From: an uncultured Bacilli bacterium
GTDB taxonomy: Bacteria; Bacillota_I; Bacilli_A; RF39; UBA660
NCBI GenBank assembly: GCA_947627405.1
Contig: CANQVY010000001.1
Span: forward strand, 1 to 30,492
Direction of reading: 5' to 3'
Length of the DNA stretch: 30,492 nt
Below the pieces are notes generated by a model. The model searched no databases and had not been told where the DNA came from. It was given only the letters and a program-made list of their open reading frames with translations. A program made the position numbers and the translations under genes. Of the stretch, positions 1 through 9,322 are shown one piece after another (position 1 is the first letter of the stretch; every line of letters starts with the position of its first letter).

Positions 1-103
1 ATAATTACATTTTAACTATATCATATTGCTTTCTATTTTTTGTTTATTTTTGTCTCACATCATTTACAATTATACAATCTTTCATTTTTTATTACTTATT
101 CAC

Positions 104-234
104 TTATTCACAAGTATGTTAATAAAATTTATGTACTATGTGGATAATTAATTTCAAATTTGTGGATAATTAAAAAAATTGTTATTATATATATATAAAA
201 GTTGTGGATAAGTTTGTGAATTTCTTGTGAATAA
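104..234. promoter_or_regulatory. oriC upstream DnaA-box cluster
   Basis: Perfect TGTGGATAA at 139-147, 161-169 and 203-211. One-mismatch boxes TTATTCACA 104-112 and TGTGAATAA 226-234. Weaker boxes at 117-125 and 215-223. AT-rich, directly upstream of dnaA. Confidence 0.9.
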
Positions 235-327
235 TTCATTTATTATTTTTTTTCCTTTATTTTTCTGTTTATTTGTTTTAGAATAATGTTAATAAATCCT
301 TTTTTTCGGGCGGGGAGGTGTTTATAA

Positions 328-1704
328 ATGAACTATACAATCATATGGGATCATTTTTTAGAAAAAATCAAAGAGAAAATATCGACTTTATCGTATGAAA
401 CATGGTTTAAAGACACTTCTTTATATAGTATTGATAACGGTATTTATAGAATTATTGTTCCTATGTCTATTCACAAAACACATATCAATGATAAGTATAA
501 AGATATTATTGATGAACTATTATCCACAGAAGATAGTAACTACAAAAAGGTAGAATATTTTCTACAGGATGAAATTCAATCTTTAAAGGAAGAAGAAGAA
601 AAACAAGATGAAATTTTAGACAAAAAGGAAAGGGATTCTTCTTTTGATACGAATCTAATAAAAAAATATACTTTTGAAAATTTTGTTGTTGGAAATAGTA
701 ATCGCTTAGCGCATGCTACTGCGGTTGCTGTTGCTGAAAATCCTGGCAGTATTTATAATCCTTTATTTATTTATGGAAATAGCGGACTTGGAAAAACACA
801 CTTAATGCATGCTATTGGAAATTATATTCATGAACATTCCAATAAAAAAGTTTTATATGTTACAAGCGATAAATTTATAGAAGATTTTGTAGGCATTAAT
901 CGAAAAAATAATAATGATAATTTTGATGTAATTGATATTTTTAAAGATAAATATAGAAATATAGATGTTTTAATTATTGATGATATTCAATTCTTAGGGG
1001 GAACTACTCAGTCTCAACAAGAATTCTTTCATACCTTTAATTCTTTATATAATAGTAATAAACAAATTATTATTTCTTCTGATCGATCACCAGATGATTT
1101 AAAAAAGTTAGAAGATCGCTTAAAAACTAGATTTTGTTGGGGAATTACAGTAGATATTCAACCTCCAAATTTTGATTTACGAGTTGCTATTGTAAAAAAG
1201 AAAATTGCAGCTTCTATTATTGAAAAAAATATACCTGATGATGTAATTGAATATATTGCCTTTAATGTGAGTGGTGATGTTAGACAATTAGAAGGATCAA
1301 TCAATCGTTTATTAGCTTATTCTTCAATGATGGGAGGTTGTGATATAACAGTTGATTTAGCTATGGATGCTTTAACAGATTATGTAAGTAAAGGATCTTA
1401 TGAAAAAGATGATATTCATAAAATTCAACGAATTGTTTCTGAATATTTTAAAATTTCGATAGATGATCTAAAAAGTAAGAAAAGAAATTATAATGTAGCT
1501 TTCCCAAGACAGATTGCTATGTATTTATGTAGAACTTGTACGGATGAATCTTTTCCTAAATTAGGAATTGAATTTGGGGGAAAAGATCATTCGACAGTTA
1601 TTCATTCTTGTGATAAAATAGAAAGAGAAATCAAAGTAAATAATGAATTAAGTCAAATTATTGATATTTTGAAAAGAGAAATCAATAGTTGTTCAAAAAA
1701 ATAA
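328..1704 (+). CDS. dnaA: Chromosomal replication initiator protein DnaA
   Basis: YTFENFVVG, Walker A GNSGLGKT, LIIDDIQF, domain IV FGGKDHSTVIHS. SD GGGGAGGTG upstream. Confidence 0.99.
   Translation: MNYTIIWDHFLEKIKEKISTLSYETWFKDTSLYSIDNGIYRIIVPMSIHKTHINDKYKDIIDELLSTEDSNYKKVEYFLQDEIQSLKEEEEKQDEILDKKERDSSFDTNLIKKYTFENFVVGNSNRLAHATAVAVAENPGSIYNPLFIYGNSGLGKTHLMHAIGNYIHEHSNKKVLYVTSDKFIEDFVGINRKNNNDNFDVIDIFKDKYRNIDVLIIDDIQFLGGTTQSQQEFFHTFNSLYNSNKQIIISSDRSPDDLKKLEDRLKTRFCWGITVDIQPPNFDLRVAIVKKKIAASIIEKNIPDDVIEYIAFNVSGDVRQLEGSINRLLAYSSMMGGCDITVDLAMDALTDYVSKGSYEKDDIHKIQRIVSEYFKISIDDLKSKKRNYNVAFPRQIAMYLCRTCTDESFPKLGIEFGGKDHSTVIHSCDKIEREIKVNNELSQIIDILKREINSCSKK
520..528 (+). promoter_or_regulatory. 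Perfect DnaA box inside dnaA coding sequence
   Basis: TTATCCACA at 520-528. Confidence 0.5.
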
Positions 1705-1828
1705 ATTTATAGACATTTTATAAACAATAAAAATTTACAAAAATTGTGTTAAAATAAGAAGAAAAAGAGGTTATCAACAATTTCCACAGTAATAATAATA
1801 AAAATAAAAAAAAGAAAGAAGTGATAAT
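1705..1828. promoter_or_regulatory. oriC downstream part (dnaA-dnaN spacer) with degenerate DnaA boxes and probable unwinding element
   Basis: TTATAGACA 1707-1715, TTATAAACA 1718-1726, TTATCAACA 1771-1779 and ATTTCCACA 1780-1788, followed by (TAA)4 at 1790-1801 and A-tracts. Bipartite origins flanking dnaA are standard in Bacilli. Confidence 0.75.
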
Positions 1829-2947
1829 ATGAAAATTAAAGTAAAAAAAATTGTTTTATTGGAGGAGTTGAATAAAGTTTCAAAAGCTTTATCAAGTAAA
1901 AATATTATACCTGTTTTATCAGGAATCTGTTTTGAAGCGAAAGAAAATAAATTAATTCTTACAGCTTCTGATAATGATATAACTATACAAACCTATTTAA
2001 ATGAGGATAATGAAAATTTAGAAATAAAAGAACAAGGAAATATAGTTATTCAAGGTAAATATATCTTAGATATTGTTCGAAAATTACCAGATGAATATAT
2101 AAATATAGATGTAATTGATGATTCTAAAGTATCTATATATACAGATAATAGTGAATTCAATTTAAATGGAATTAATAAAAAGGAATATCCTACAATTCAT
2201 TTAGAAGAAAGTAAAAATAAAGTTATGTTAAGCAAAGATTTATTTAATGAAATTATTAATCAAACTTGTTTTGCAGCTAGTAATGATGAATCAAAACCTT
2301 CTTTAACAGGAATTAACTTTAATATTACGGGAAATATTTTAGAATGTAATTCTACGGATTCCTACAGATTATCAAGAAAAATAGTCAATTTAAGTGATAT
2401 TAATGAATCTTTTAATTTAATTATCCCAAGTAAAAACTTATTGGAATTTGCTAAAATATTAACGGAAGAGGATATGATTGAAATAAATATTTTTAATAAT
2501 AAATTGTTATTTAAGTATAATCATATTTTATTTCAAACACGTTTAATTAGTGGTACATATCCTAATACATCTAATTTAATTCCTGAAGATCCTATATTAA
2601 AAATAAATATTGATAAAGATTTACTTTATAATACAATAGATCGAACAAGTATTTTAGCTACAGATAAAGAAAAAAATATTATTACTTTAGAAATACAAGG
2701 AAATCATTTAAATTTAAAATCTTTTGTTGCTGAAATAGGAAAAGTAGAAGAAAAAATGATGATAAACAATGAAATGCAAGAGAATATAAAAATTTCATTT
2801 AGTTCGAAATATATGATGGAAGCTTTAAAAGCCTTTTCAACAGAAACTGTGGATATTTGCTTTTTTGGAGAAGTTAAACCGATTATTATTAATTCTACCG
2901 AGGATAAAACATTGACTGAACTTGTTTTACCTATTCGAACTTATTAA
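1829..2947 (+). CDS. dnaN: DNA polymerase III beta sliding clamp
   Basis: 372 aa. IIPVLSGI, STDSYRLS, FQTRLISGTYP and C-terminal LVLPIRTY. Follows dnaA. Confidence 0.98.
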   Translation: MKIKVKKIVLLEELNKVSKALSSKNIIPVLSGICFEAKENKLILTASDNDITIQTYLNEDNENLEIKEQGNIVIQGKYILDIVRKLPDEYINIDVIDDSKVSIYTDNSEFNLNGINKKEYPTIHLEESKNKVMLSKDLFNEIINQTCFAASNDESKPSLTGINFNITGNILECNSTDSYRLSRKIVNLSDINESFNLIIPSKNLLEFAKILTEEDMIEINIFNNKLLFKYNHILFQTRLISGTYPNTSNLIPEDPILKINIDKDLLYNTIDRTSILATDKEKNIITLEIQGNHLNLKSFVAEIGKVEEKMMINNEMQENIKISFSSKYMMEALKAFSTETVDICFFGEVKPIIINSTEDKTLTELVLPIRTY

Positions 2948-2964
2948 TTTTTTCATAAATCAAC

Positions 2965-3024
2965 AAAATTCTACAAAATGAAGTGTTATTTTAATGATAC
3001 TACATTTTATGTAGAATTTTTTTT
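2965..3024 (+). terminator. Long imperfect hairpin plus U-tract between dnaN and comK
   Basis: AAAATTCTAC (2965-2974) pairs with GTAGAATTTT (3011-3020), AAAATG with CATTTT, and AGTGTTATT with AATGATACT (G-U pairs). T8 at 3017-3024. Confidence 0.6.
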
Positions 3025-3035
3025 AGGGGGATTTT

Positions 3036-3500
3036 ATGAAAGATTATGAAATTAATGATGATACTTTAGCAATCATTCCAGTTGATAATAAAAAAACTAA
3101 AGTATTAGAAAAGGACTATGAGTATGTAATTGAACAAAATGCATATAAGGTAATGGATTATAGTTGTCAATATTTTGGTAGTACTTATGAAGGTAGAAAG
3201 GGTGGAAGTAAAAATATTTTAGGAACAGGATATAAAGTGCCTATTTTAATAAGAGAAGATAATTATATTATTTTTTTTCCAACTGAATCTCCATTATTGG
3301 ATACATGTATGTGGATATCATTACATAATATAGAAAGATTTGAAAGAAGCGATAATAATACCACTAAAATTTATTTTAAAGATGGTAAAAACATTATTAT
3401 AGATGTGTCTTTTCGATCTATAGAAAATCAAATTTTAAGATCGACTCGATTAGAATCTGTCTTACGAAATCGATCAAATTCAAAAAATAATATTAAATGA
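3036..3500 (+). CDS. comK: ComK-family competence transcription factor
   Basis: YEIN-DTLAIIP, SCQYFGSTYEGRK, KVPILI, IFFPTES, WIS, F-DG and SIENQILR align by eye with B. subtilis ComK (YEVNGATIAVLP, SCRFFGSSYAGRK, FLFPTLS, WIS, SFENQVYR). SD AGGGGG. Confidence 0.9.
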   Translation: MKDYEINDDTLAIIPVDNKKTKVLEKDYEYVIEQNAYKVMDYSCQYFGSTYEGRKGGSKNILGTGYKVPILIREDNYIIFFPTESPLLDTCMWISLHNIERFERSDNNTTKIYFKDGKNIIIDVSFRSIENQILRSTRLESVLRNRSNSKNNIK

Positions 3501-3511
3501 TAAAATATATT

Positions 3512-3540
3512 AAAAAAAGGACAAAATTGTTCTTTTTTTT
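3512..3540 (+). terminator. Intrinsic terminator after comK
   Basis: A7-GGACA-AAAT-TGTTC-T8. Confidence 0.6.
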
Positions 3541-3549
3541 GTCTATATA

Positions 3550-3558
3550 TGTTATAAT
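3550..3558 (+). promoter_or_regulatory. Extended -10 sigma-A promoter for recF-gyrB-gyrA
   Basis: TGTTATAAT (TGnTATAAT). No good -35 at 17 bp. Confidence 0.55.
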
Positions 3559-3586
3559 ATACTTATGTGTATAGGAGTATTACAAA

Positions 3587-3631
3587 ATGGTAAAAGGTGA
3601 TTTTATGAGCATTTTTATGGCAATAACGTGA
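3587..3631 (+). CDS. Putative leader micro-ORF MVKGDFMSIFMAIT (or MSIFMAIT from 3605) coupled to recF
   Basis: SD AGGAG before ATG 3587 and SD AAGGTGA before the in-frame ATG 3605. Stop TGA 3629-3631 overlaps recF GTG 3628. Confidence 0.4.
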   Translation: MVKGDFMSIFMAIT

Positions 3632-4737
3632 TTTTAAAAAAATTAAGCTTAATAAATTTTAGAAATTATCAAAAAATTTCTATTTCGTTTAATAATACAG
3701 TAAATATTTTTATAGGAAATAATGCTCAAGGTAAAACAAATATTCTTGAAAGTATCTATGTTTTAGCTTTGACTAAATCTCATCGTAATGTTAATGATGT
3801 TCATCTAATTAAATATAATGGGGAATATACCAAAATAGAGGGAAAAATAAAAAAAAACAATTTAATTGATACTTTAGAAATAAAAATAACAAAAACAGAA
3901 AAAAAAGTATTTAAAAATAAAAACAATGTAAAAAGAATATCTGATTATATATCAAATTTGAATGTAATACTATTTACACCTGATGATTTAGAAATTATAA
4001 AAGGATCTCCTTCTATTCGAAGAAATCTATTAAATATTGAAATAAGCCAGATTTCTAATCAATATATTACTATTTTAAATGAATATAACAAATTATTAAA
4101 AAATAGGAATGAATATTTGAAATTATTATATGTGAATCATTTTAGTGATAAAAAATATTTAGATATTATAACTGATCAGCTAATCGAAAAAGCAATATAC
4201 ATCTATAAGAAAAGAAAAAATTTTATTGATGATATAAATAAAAATATATCTAATATCTATCGTTTTATTACTGGAATAGACGGATTATATATTCGATATA
4301 TAAATAATTGTGATATAGATATTTTTGATGAAAATAAAATTAGAGAACAAATGCTTAAGAAATACAAAAATAATTATAAAAAAGAAATTTTAAATGGAAT
4401 GACTTTATATGGGCCTCATAGAGATGATTTTGAATTTCTTATAGGAGATGAAAATTTAAAGTTATTTGGTTCACAAGGACAGCAAAGGTTAAGTATTATT
4501 TGCTTTAAATTATCAGAAATTGATATTTTCAAAGAAAAAAACAATACAAGTCCCATTTTATTATTTGATGATATTTTTAGTGAAATTGATAAGATAAAAA
4601 AGAATAAATTAATAAAATTGATAAATAAGGATATACAAACAATTATAACTGCTACGGATTTAAGAGGAATGAGTAAAAATTTGATTGAAAAATCTTCCAT
4701 TTTTAAAGTAGCATCTGGAAAAATAGAAAGAAGGTAA
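3628..4737 (+). CDS. recF: DNA replication and repair protein RecF
   Basis: LINFRNY, Walker A GNNAQGKTN, GPHRDD, GSQGQQR and LLFDDIFSEID. GTG start. Confidence 0.98.
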   Translation: MILKKLSLINFRNYQKISISFNNTVNIFIGNNAQGKTNILESIYVLALTKSHRNVNDVHLIKYNGEYTKIEGKIKKNNLIDTLEIKITKTEKKVFKNKNNVKRISDYISNLNVILFTPDDLEIIKGSPSIRRNLLNIEISQISNQYITILNEYNKLLKNRNEYLKLLYVNHFSDKKYLDIITDQLIEKAIYIYKKRKNFIDDINKNISNIYRFITGIDGLYIRYINNCDIDIFDENKIREQMLKKYKNNYKKEILNGMTLYGPHRDDFEFLIGDENLKLFGSQGQQRLSIICFKLSEIDIFKEKNNTSPILLFDDIFSEIDKIKKNKLIKLINKDIQTIITATDLRGMSKNLIEKSSIFKVASGKIERR

Positions 4738-4740
4738 TTT

Positions 4741-6666
4741 ATGGAAAATGTCAAAATGGAATCTTATGATTCCTCATCAATTCAAGTATTAGAAGGGCTA
4801 GAAGCAGTCAGAAAAAGGCCAGGAATGTATATTGGAACAACAAGTTCTAGAGGACTTCATCATTTAGTATGGGAGATTGTTGATAATGCTATTGATGAGG
4901 CTTTAGCGGGATATTGTACTCATATAGAAGTAGAAATTGGAAAAGAAAATACGATTACCGTTAAAGATGATGGAAGGGGAATTCCAGTTGGAATTCATCA
5001 AAAAACAGGAAAGAGTACGGTAGAAACTGTTTATACGGTTTTGCACGCAGGTGGTAAATTTGGAGGAGGAGGATACAAAGTATCCGGAGGTTTACATGGT
5101 GTTGGTGCCAGTGTAGTAAATGCATTAAGTGAATGGTTAGAAGTAAAGGTATATAAAAATGGACATGTTTATTTTCAAAAATATAGTAATGGAGGACATC
5201 CAGAAGAAGAATTAAAAATAATCGATACATGTCCTGAAGAAAGAACTGGAACTACTGTAACTTTTAAACCAGATCCAGAAATTTTTACTGAAACCACAAT
5301 ATTTGATTATAGTATTTTGCGAACTAGATTAAGAGAACTTGCTTTTTTAAATAAGGGATTAAAAATAAGCCTATATGATTTAAGAGAGGATAATAAAAAA
5401 GAGTCCTTTCATTATGAAGGTGGATTAAATGAATATGTTGAAATGTTAAATAAAGATAAGAAACCTATTCATGAAACTATAATTTCTTGTAATGGAAATG
5501 AAAATGATATATCTTTAGAAGTAGCATTACAATATAACGAAACTTATAACGCAAGCATATATTCTTTTGTAAACAATATAAATACACCTGAAGGTGGAAC
5601 ACACGAAGATGGTGTCAAGAGAGCTTTAACAAGAATTCTTAACAAATATGCTAAAGAAGCGGGTATCTTAAAAGAAAAGGACGATCCTCTTAGTGGAGAA
5701 GATGTTAAAGAAGGTTTGACTATGATTGTATCTATAAAACATCCAAATCCACAATTTGAAGGACAAACCAAAACAAAATTAGGAAATAGTGAATGTCGAG
5801 GAATATCCGATAAGATTTTTTCAGCGGCTTTAGAAAGATTTTTGATGGAAAATCCAGATCAAGCTCGAGTTATAATTGATAAAGGTATGACTGCATCAAG
5901 GGCAAGAGTTGCTGCAAAAAAGGCAAGAGAATTAACTAGAAGAAAAGGGGATTTGGATATAACAAATTTTTATGGTAAACTTTCTGATTGTAAAAGTAAA
6001 GATCCTTCAGAATGTGAAATTTTTTTAGTGGAAGGAGATTCTGCTGGAGGATCAGCTATTAAAGGAAGAGATAGCATGAGACAAGCTATTTTACCACTTA
6101 GAGGAAAAATATTGAATGTAGAAAAAGCTAGATTAGATAGAGCTTTATCTAATGAGGAAATTCGAACGATTATAACTGCTTTTGGGACAGGAATAGGAGA
6201 CGAATTTAATCTAGATAAATTAAGATATGATAAAATTATTATAATGACGGATGCTGATGTAGATGGATCGCATATTCGAGTCTTATTATTGACTTTATTT
6301 TATCGTTTCTTTAGACCTATTGTAGAAGCTGGACATGTATATGCGGCTCAACCACCTCTATTTGTAATAAAACATGGTAAGACGATAAAATATGTTTTAA
6401 ATGAACAAGAAAGAGATGAATATTTAAAAACATTATCTCCAAATACAAAGTATGATATTATGCGTATGAAAGGTTTAGGAGAAATGGATGCAGAGGAACT
6501 AAATGAAACAACAATGGATATAGAAAAAAGAGTTTTAAGACAAATAACTGTTGAAGATGCAATGTCTGCTGATGATACTTTTTCAAAATTAATGGGTGAA
6601 GAAGTAGAACCAAGAAGAAAATTTATTGAAGAAAATGCAGTTTATGTACAAAATTTGGATATTTAG
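4741..6666 (+). CDS. gyrB: DNA gyrase subunit B
   Basis: [41 protein letters not shown] and DADVDG. Confidence 0.99.
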   Translation: MENVKMESYDSSSIQVLEGLEAVRKRPGMYIGTTSSRGLHHLVWEIVDNAIDEALAGYCTHIEVEIGKENTITVKDDGRGIPVGIHQKTGKSTVETVYTVLHAGGKFGGGGYKVSGGLHGVGASVVNALSEWLEVKVYKNGHVYFQKYSNGGHPEEELKIIDTCPEERTGTTVTFKPDPEIFTETTIFDYSILRTRLRELAFLNKGLKISLYDLREDNKKESFHYEGGLNEYVEMLNKDKKPIHETIISCNGNENDISLEVALQYNETYNASIYSFVNNINTPEGGTHEDGVKRALTRILNKYAKEAGILKEKDDPLSGEDVKEGLTMIVSIKHPNPQFEGQTKTKLGNSECRGISDKIFSAALERFLMENPDQARVIIDKGMTASRARVAAKKARELTRRKGDLDITNFYGKLSDCKSKDPSECEIFLVEGDSAGGSAIKGRDSMRQAILPLRGKILNVEKARLDRALSNEEIRTIITAFGTGIGDEFNLDKLRYDKIIIMTDADVDGSHIRVLLLTLFYRFFRPIVEAGHVYAAQPPLFVIKHGKTIKYVLNEQERDEYLKTLSPNTKYDIMRMKGLGEMDAEELNETTMDIEKRVLRQITVEDAMSADDTFSKLMGEEVEPRRKFIEENAVYVQNLDI

Positions 6667-6676
6667 GAGGTAATTT

Positions 6677-9127
6677 ATGGACAGATTAGAGAAAAATAAT
6701 ATAGTTACGGAAGTTAAAGATTCATTTCTTGAATATTCAATGAGTGTTATTGTAGCTAGGGCATTACCTGATTTAAGAGATGGTTTAAAACCTGTGCATA
6801 GAAGAATATTATATTCAATGTATGAATCTGGTTATACTCCTGATAAACCTCATAAAAAAAGTGCAAGAATTGTTGGGGATGTTATGGGTAAATATCATCC
6901 TCATGGAGATTCTTCAATTTATGAAGCTATGGTAAGAATGGCTCAAGACTTTTCTTATAGATATATGTTAGTTGATGGGCACGGAAATTTTGGAAATATA
7001 GAAGGTTATGGGGCGGCAGCTATGCGTTATACCGAATCCAGACTTTCAAAAATTTCATTAGAATTATTGAAAAATATAAATAAAGATACTGTAGATTTTA
7101 TTCCAAATTTTGATGAATCTGAAAAAGAGCCAGAAATTTTACCGTCTCGTTTTCCAAATATATTAGTTAATGGTACGATGGGAATCGCAGTTGGTATGGC
7201 TACTAATATTCCACCACATAATTTAGGGGAAGTTATTGATGGATGTATTGCATATATAGACAATCCGGATATTGATTTAGATGAATTAATGAAATATATT
7301 AAGGGACCAGATTTTCCTACGGGAGGAATAATTCTAGGAAATAGTGGAATTAAAAAAGCTTATGAAACTGGAAGAGGAAGTATTACTATACGAAGTAGAG
7401 CAACTATAGAGGAAAAAAATGGAAAAAATTATATTATAGTTGATGAGGTTCCATATGGAGTTAATACATTAGAATTAAAAAACAAAGTAGCAGAATTAGT
7501 ACACAATAAAGTTATAGATGGGATTACCGATTATCATACAGATTTAAAAGACGGTGTAAAAATAACAATTACTTTAAAGAAAGATGCAAATCCACAAGTC
7601 GTTTTAAATAATCTATATAAGCACACTGCTTTTCAAACAAATTATGGGATTATCTTTTTAATGTTAGATCAAGGAGTTCCAAAAACTTTAGGTTTAAAAG
7701 AAATTATAGTAAAATATATTGATTATCAAAAGGAAATTATTATTCGAAGAACAAAATTTGATCTTGATAAAGATGAAAAAAGGGCTCATATTTTGGAAGG
7801 GTTAAAAATCGCATTGGATCACATTGATGCAATTGTAAGTTTAATTAGAGAATCTAAAAGCGATACTGAGGCCTTGGAAGGATTAATGTCTAAATTCTCT
7901 TTAACAGAGGCACAAGGACAGGCAATCTTAGAAATGAAATTAAGAAGATTAACTGGTTTAGAAAGAGATAAAATTGAAAATGAGTTAAAGGATTTACTAC
8001 AGGAAATTGATGAATTGAGATCTATTTTGGCTAGTGAGGAAAAGGTTTTAGAAATTATTAAAAATGAAATGATTGAAATAAAAAATAAATATGGTGATGA
8101 AAGAAAAACAAATATTGATATGACCGCTATTGATTATATAGAAGATGAATCTTTAATTCCAAATGATGATGTTATTATAACTTTAACCAATAAAGGGTAT
8201 ATAAAGAGGTTAAAATCTGATACGTATAGAACTCAAAATAGAGGTGGTGTTGGTATAAAAGGAATGTCGACTAATGAGGAAGATTTTGTTGAACATTTAA
8301 TATCTATAAAAACACATGACCATGTATTGTTCTTTTCTAATAGAGGAAGGGTATATAGAATTAAAGGATATGAAATACCAGAATTTAGTAGACAGTCAAA
8401 AGGTTTACCAATAATTAATTTATTACCATTGGAAAAGAACGAGAACATTAGTTCGATAATTGGTTTGTCAAAGAGCGATGATCTTTATAAATATTTGATA
8501 TTTATAACCAAATCAGGCCTTACAAAAAGAACTTTATTGTCTGAATTTGAAAATATAAGAAAATCTGGAAAGATTGCAATATCCTTAAAAGATGATGATG
8601 AATTAATAAGTGTAAGATCAACTACTGGAAACAATGAAATTATGATCGGTGCTAGCAATGGAAGAGTGGTTAGATTTAATGAAAAGGAAATTAGGATAAT
8701 GGGTCGAACAGCTTCCGGTGTAAAAGGTATTGATTTAAATTCTAGTAAAGCAATTGGAGGAGAAGTTGTTCAATCTGATAATAAAATATTGATTGTTACA
8801 GAAAAGGGTTATGGCAAACAAACTGAAATAGAAGAATATAGATTAACGCATCGAGGTAGTAAAGGTGTTAAAGCTTTAAATATAACTGATAAAAATGGAA
8901 TGATGGTATCTTTAAAAGCTATTGATAAAAATAAAAATTTAGATATTATGATAATTACTGATAATGGAATTGTCATAAAGATGCCACTTGATCAGGTTTC
9001 TACTTTAAGGAGAGCTACACAGGGTGTTCGTTTGATTCACTTAAAAGAAAATCAGAAAGTTTCTACAACCGCAGTCGTAGATCAAGAAGAAATCGATAAT
9101 TCTTTGGAAATAGTTGAAGAGAAATAA
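6677..9127 (+). CDS. gyrA: DNA gyrase subunit A
   Basis: [25 protein letters not shown] and the GyrA-box QNRGGVG, which distinguishes it from ParC. Confidence 0.99.
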   Translation: MDRLEKNNIVTEVKDSFLEYSMSVIVARALPDLRDGLKPVHRRILYSMYESGYTPDKPHKKSARIVGDVMGKYHPHGDSSIYEAMVRMAQDFSYRYMLVDGHGNFGNIEGYGAAAMRYTESRLSKISLELLKNINKDTVDFIPNFDESEKEPEILPSRFPNILVNGTMGIAVGMATNIPPHNLGEVIDGCIAYIDNPDIDLDELMKYIKGPDFPTGGIILGNSGIKKAYETGRGSITIRSRATIEEKNGKNYIIVDEVPYGVNTLELKNKVAELVHNKVIDGITDYHTDLKDGVKITITLKKDANPQVVLNNLYKHTAFQTNYGIIFLMLDQGVPKTLGLKEIIVKYIDYQKEIIIRRTKFDLDKDEKRAHILEGLKIALDHIDAIVSLIRESKSDTEALEGLMSKFSLTEAQGQAILEMKLRRLTGLERDKIENELKDLLQEIDELRSILASEEKVLEIIKNEMIEIKNKYGDERKTNIDMTAIDYIEDESLIPNDDVIITLTNKGYIKRLKSDTYRTQNRGGVGIKGMSTNEEDFVEHLISIKTHDHVLFFSNRGRVYRIKGYEIPEFSRQSKGLPIINLLPLEKNENISSIIGLSKSDDLYKYLIFITKSGLTKRTLLSEFENIRKSGKIAISLKDDDELISVRSTTGNNEIMIGASNGRVVRFNEKEIRIMGRTASGVKGIDLNSSKAIGGEVVQSDNKILIVTEKGYGKQTEIEEYRLTHRGSKGVKALNITDKNGMMVSLKAIDKNKNLDIMIITDNGIVIKMPLDQVSTLRRATQGVRLIHLKENQKVSTTAVVDQEEIDNSLEIVEEK

Positions 9128-9141
9128 AATTTCTCTTTTTT
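9117..9141 (+). terminator. Intrinsic terminator overlapping gyrA stop
   Basis: AAGAGAAAT-AAA-ATTTCTCTT followed by Ts. Confidence 0.6.
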
Positions 9142-9156
9142 ATTTCCCGGGAAATA
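9141..9156. promoter_or_regulatory. Noc-binding site (NBS)
   Basis: TATTTCCCGGGAAATA, an exact match to the B. subtilis Noc binding consensus. Confidence 0.85.
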
Positions 9157-9162
9157 ATTCAA

Positions 9163-9178
9163 TGTTTCACGTGAAACA
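9163..9178. promoter_or_regulatory. parS centromere site (ParB/Spo0J)
   Basis: TGTTTCACGTGAAACA, perfect consensus, embedded in a 38-bp perfect palindrome at 9152-9189. Confidence 0.95.
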
Positions 9179-9254
9179 TTGAATTATTTTAGAAACATAT
9201 AATTATATAAAATTAATTATGTATTGAACCTTCCAATCCACAATATTTTAATAA

Positions 9255-9270
9255 TGTTTCACGTGAAACA
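9255..9270. promoter_or_regulatory. parS centromere site (ParB/Spo0J)
   Basis: TGTTTCACGTGAAACA. The palindrome extends over 9252-9273. Confidence 0.95.
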
Positions 9271-9287
9271 TTAAAGTTTTAAAATTG

Positions 9288-9316
9288 TTGAAATATTTTA
9301 AAAAATATATTATTAT
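9288..9316 (+). promoter_or_regulatory. sigma-A promoter of ffs
   Basis: TTGAAA (9288-9293), 17 bp spacer, TATTAT (9311-9316). The predicted start falls at the RNA 5' end. Confidence 0.7.
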
Positions 9317-9322
9317 ATTAAA

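Noticed and set aside
15-74. Minus-strand -10-like hexamers (TGATATAGT at 15-23, TATAAT at 69-74), possibly for a divergent rpmH
   Set aside because: No matching -35, and the gene would lie outside the window, so it cannot be supported.
9197-9208. ATATAATTATAT palindrome between the parS sites
   Set aside because: Pure A/T 12-mer, expected by chance at this composition.
9152-9273. Two identical 16-bp palindromes as a possible CRISPR mini-array or MITE ends
   Set aside because: Only two copies, an exact parS consensus, no cas or transposase genes, and no target-site duplication.
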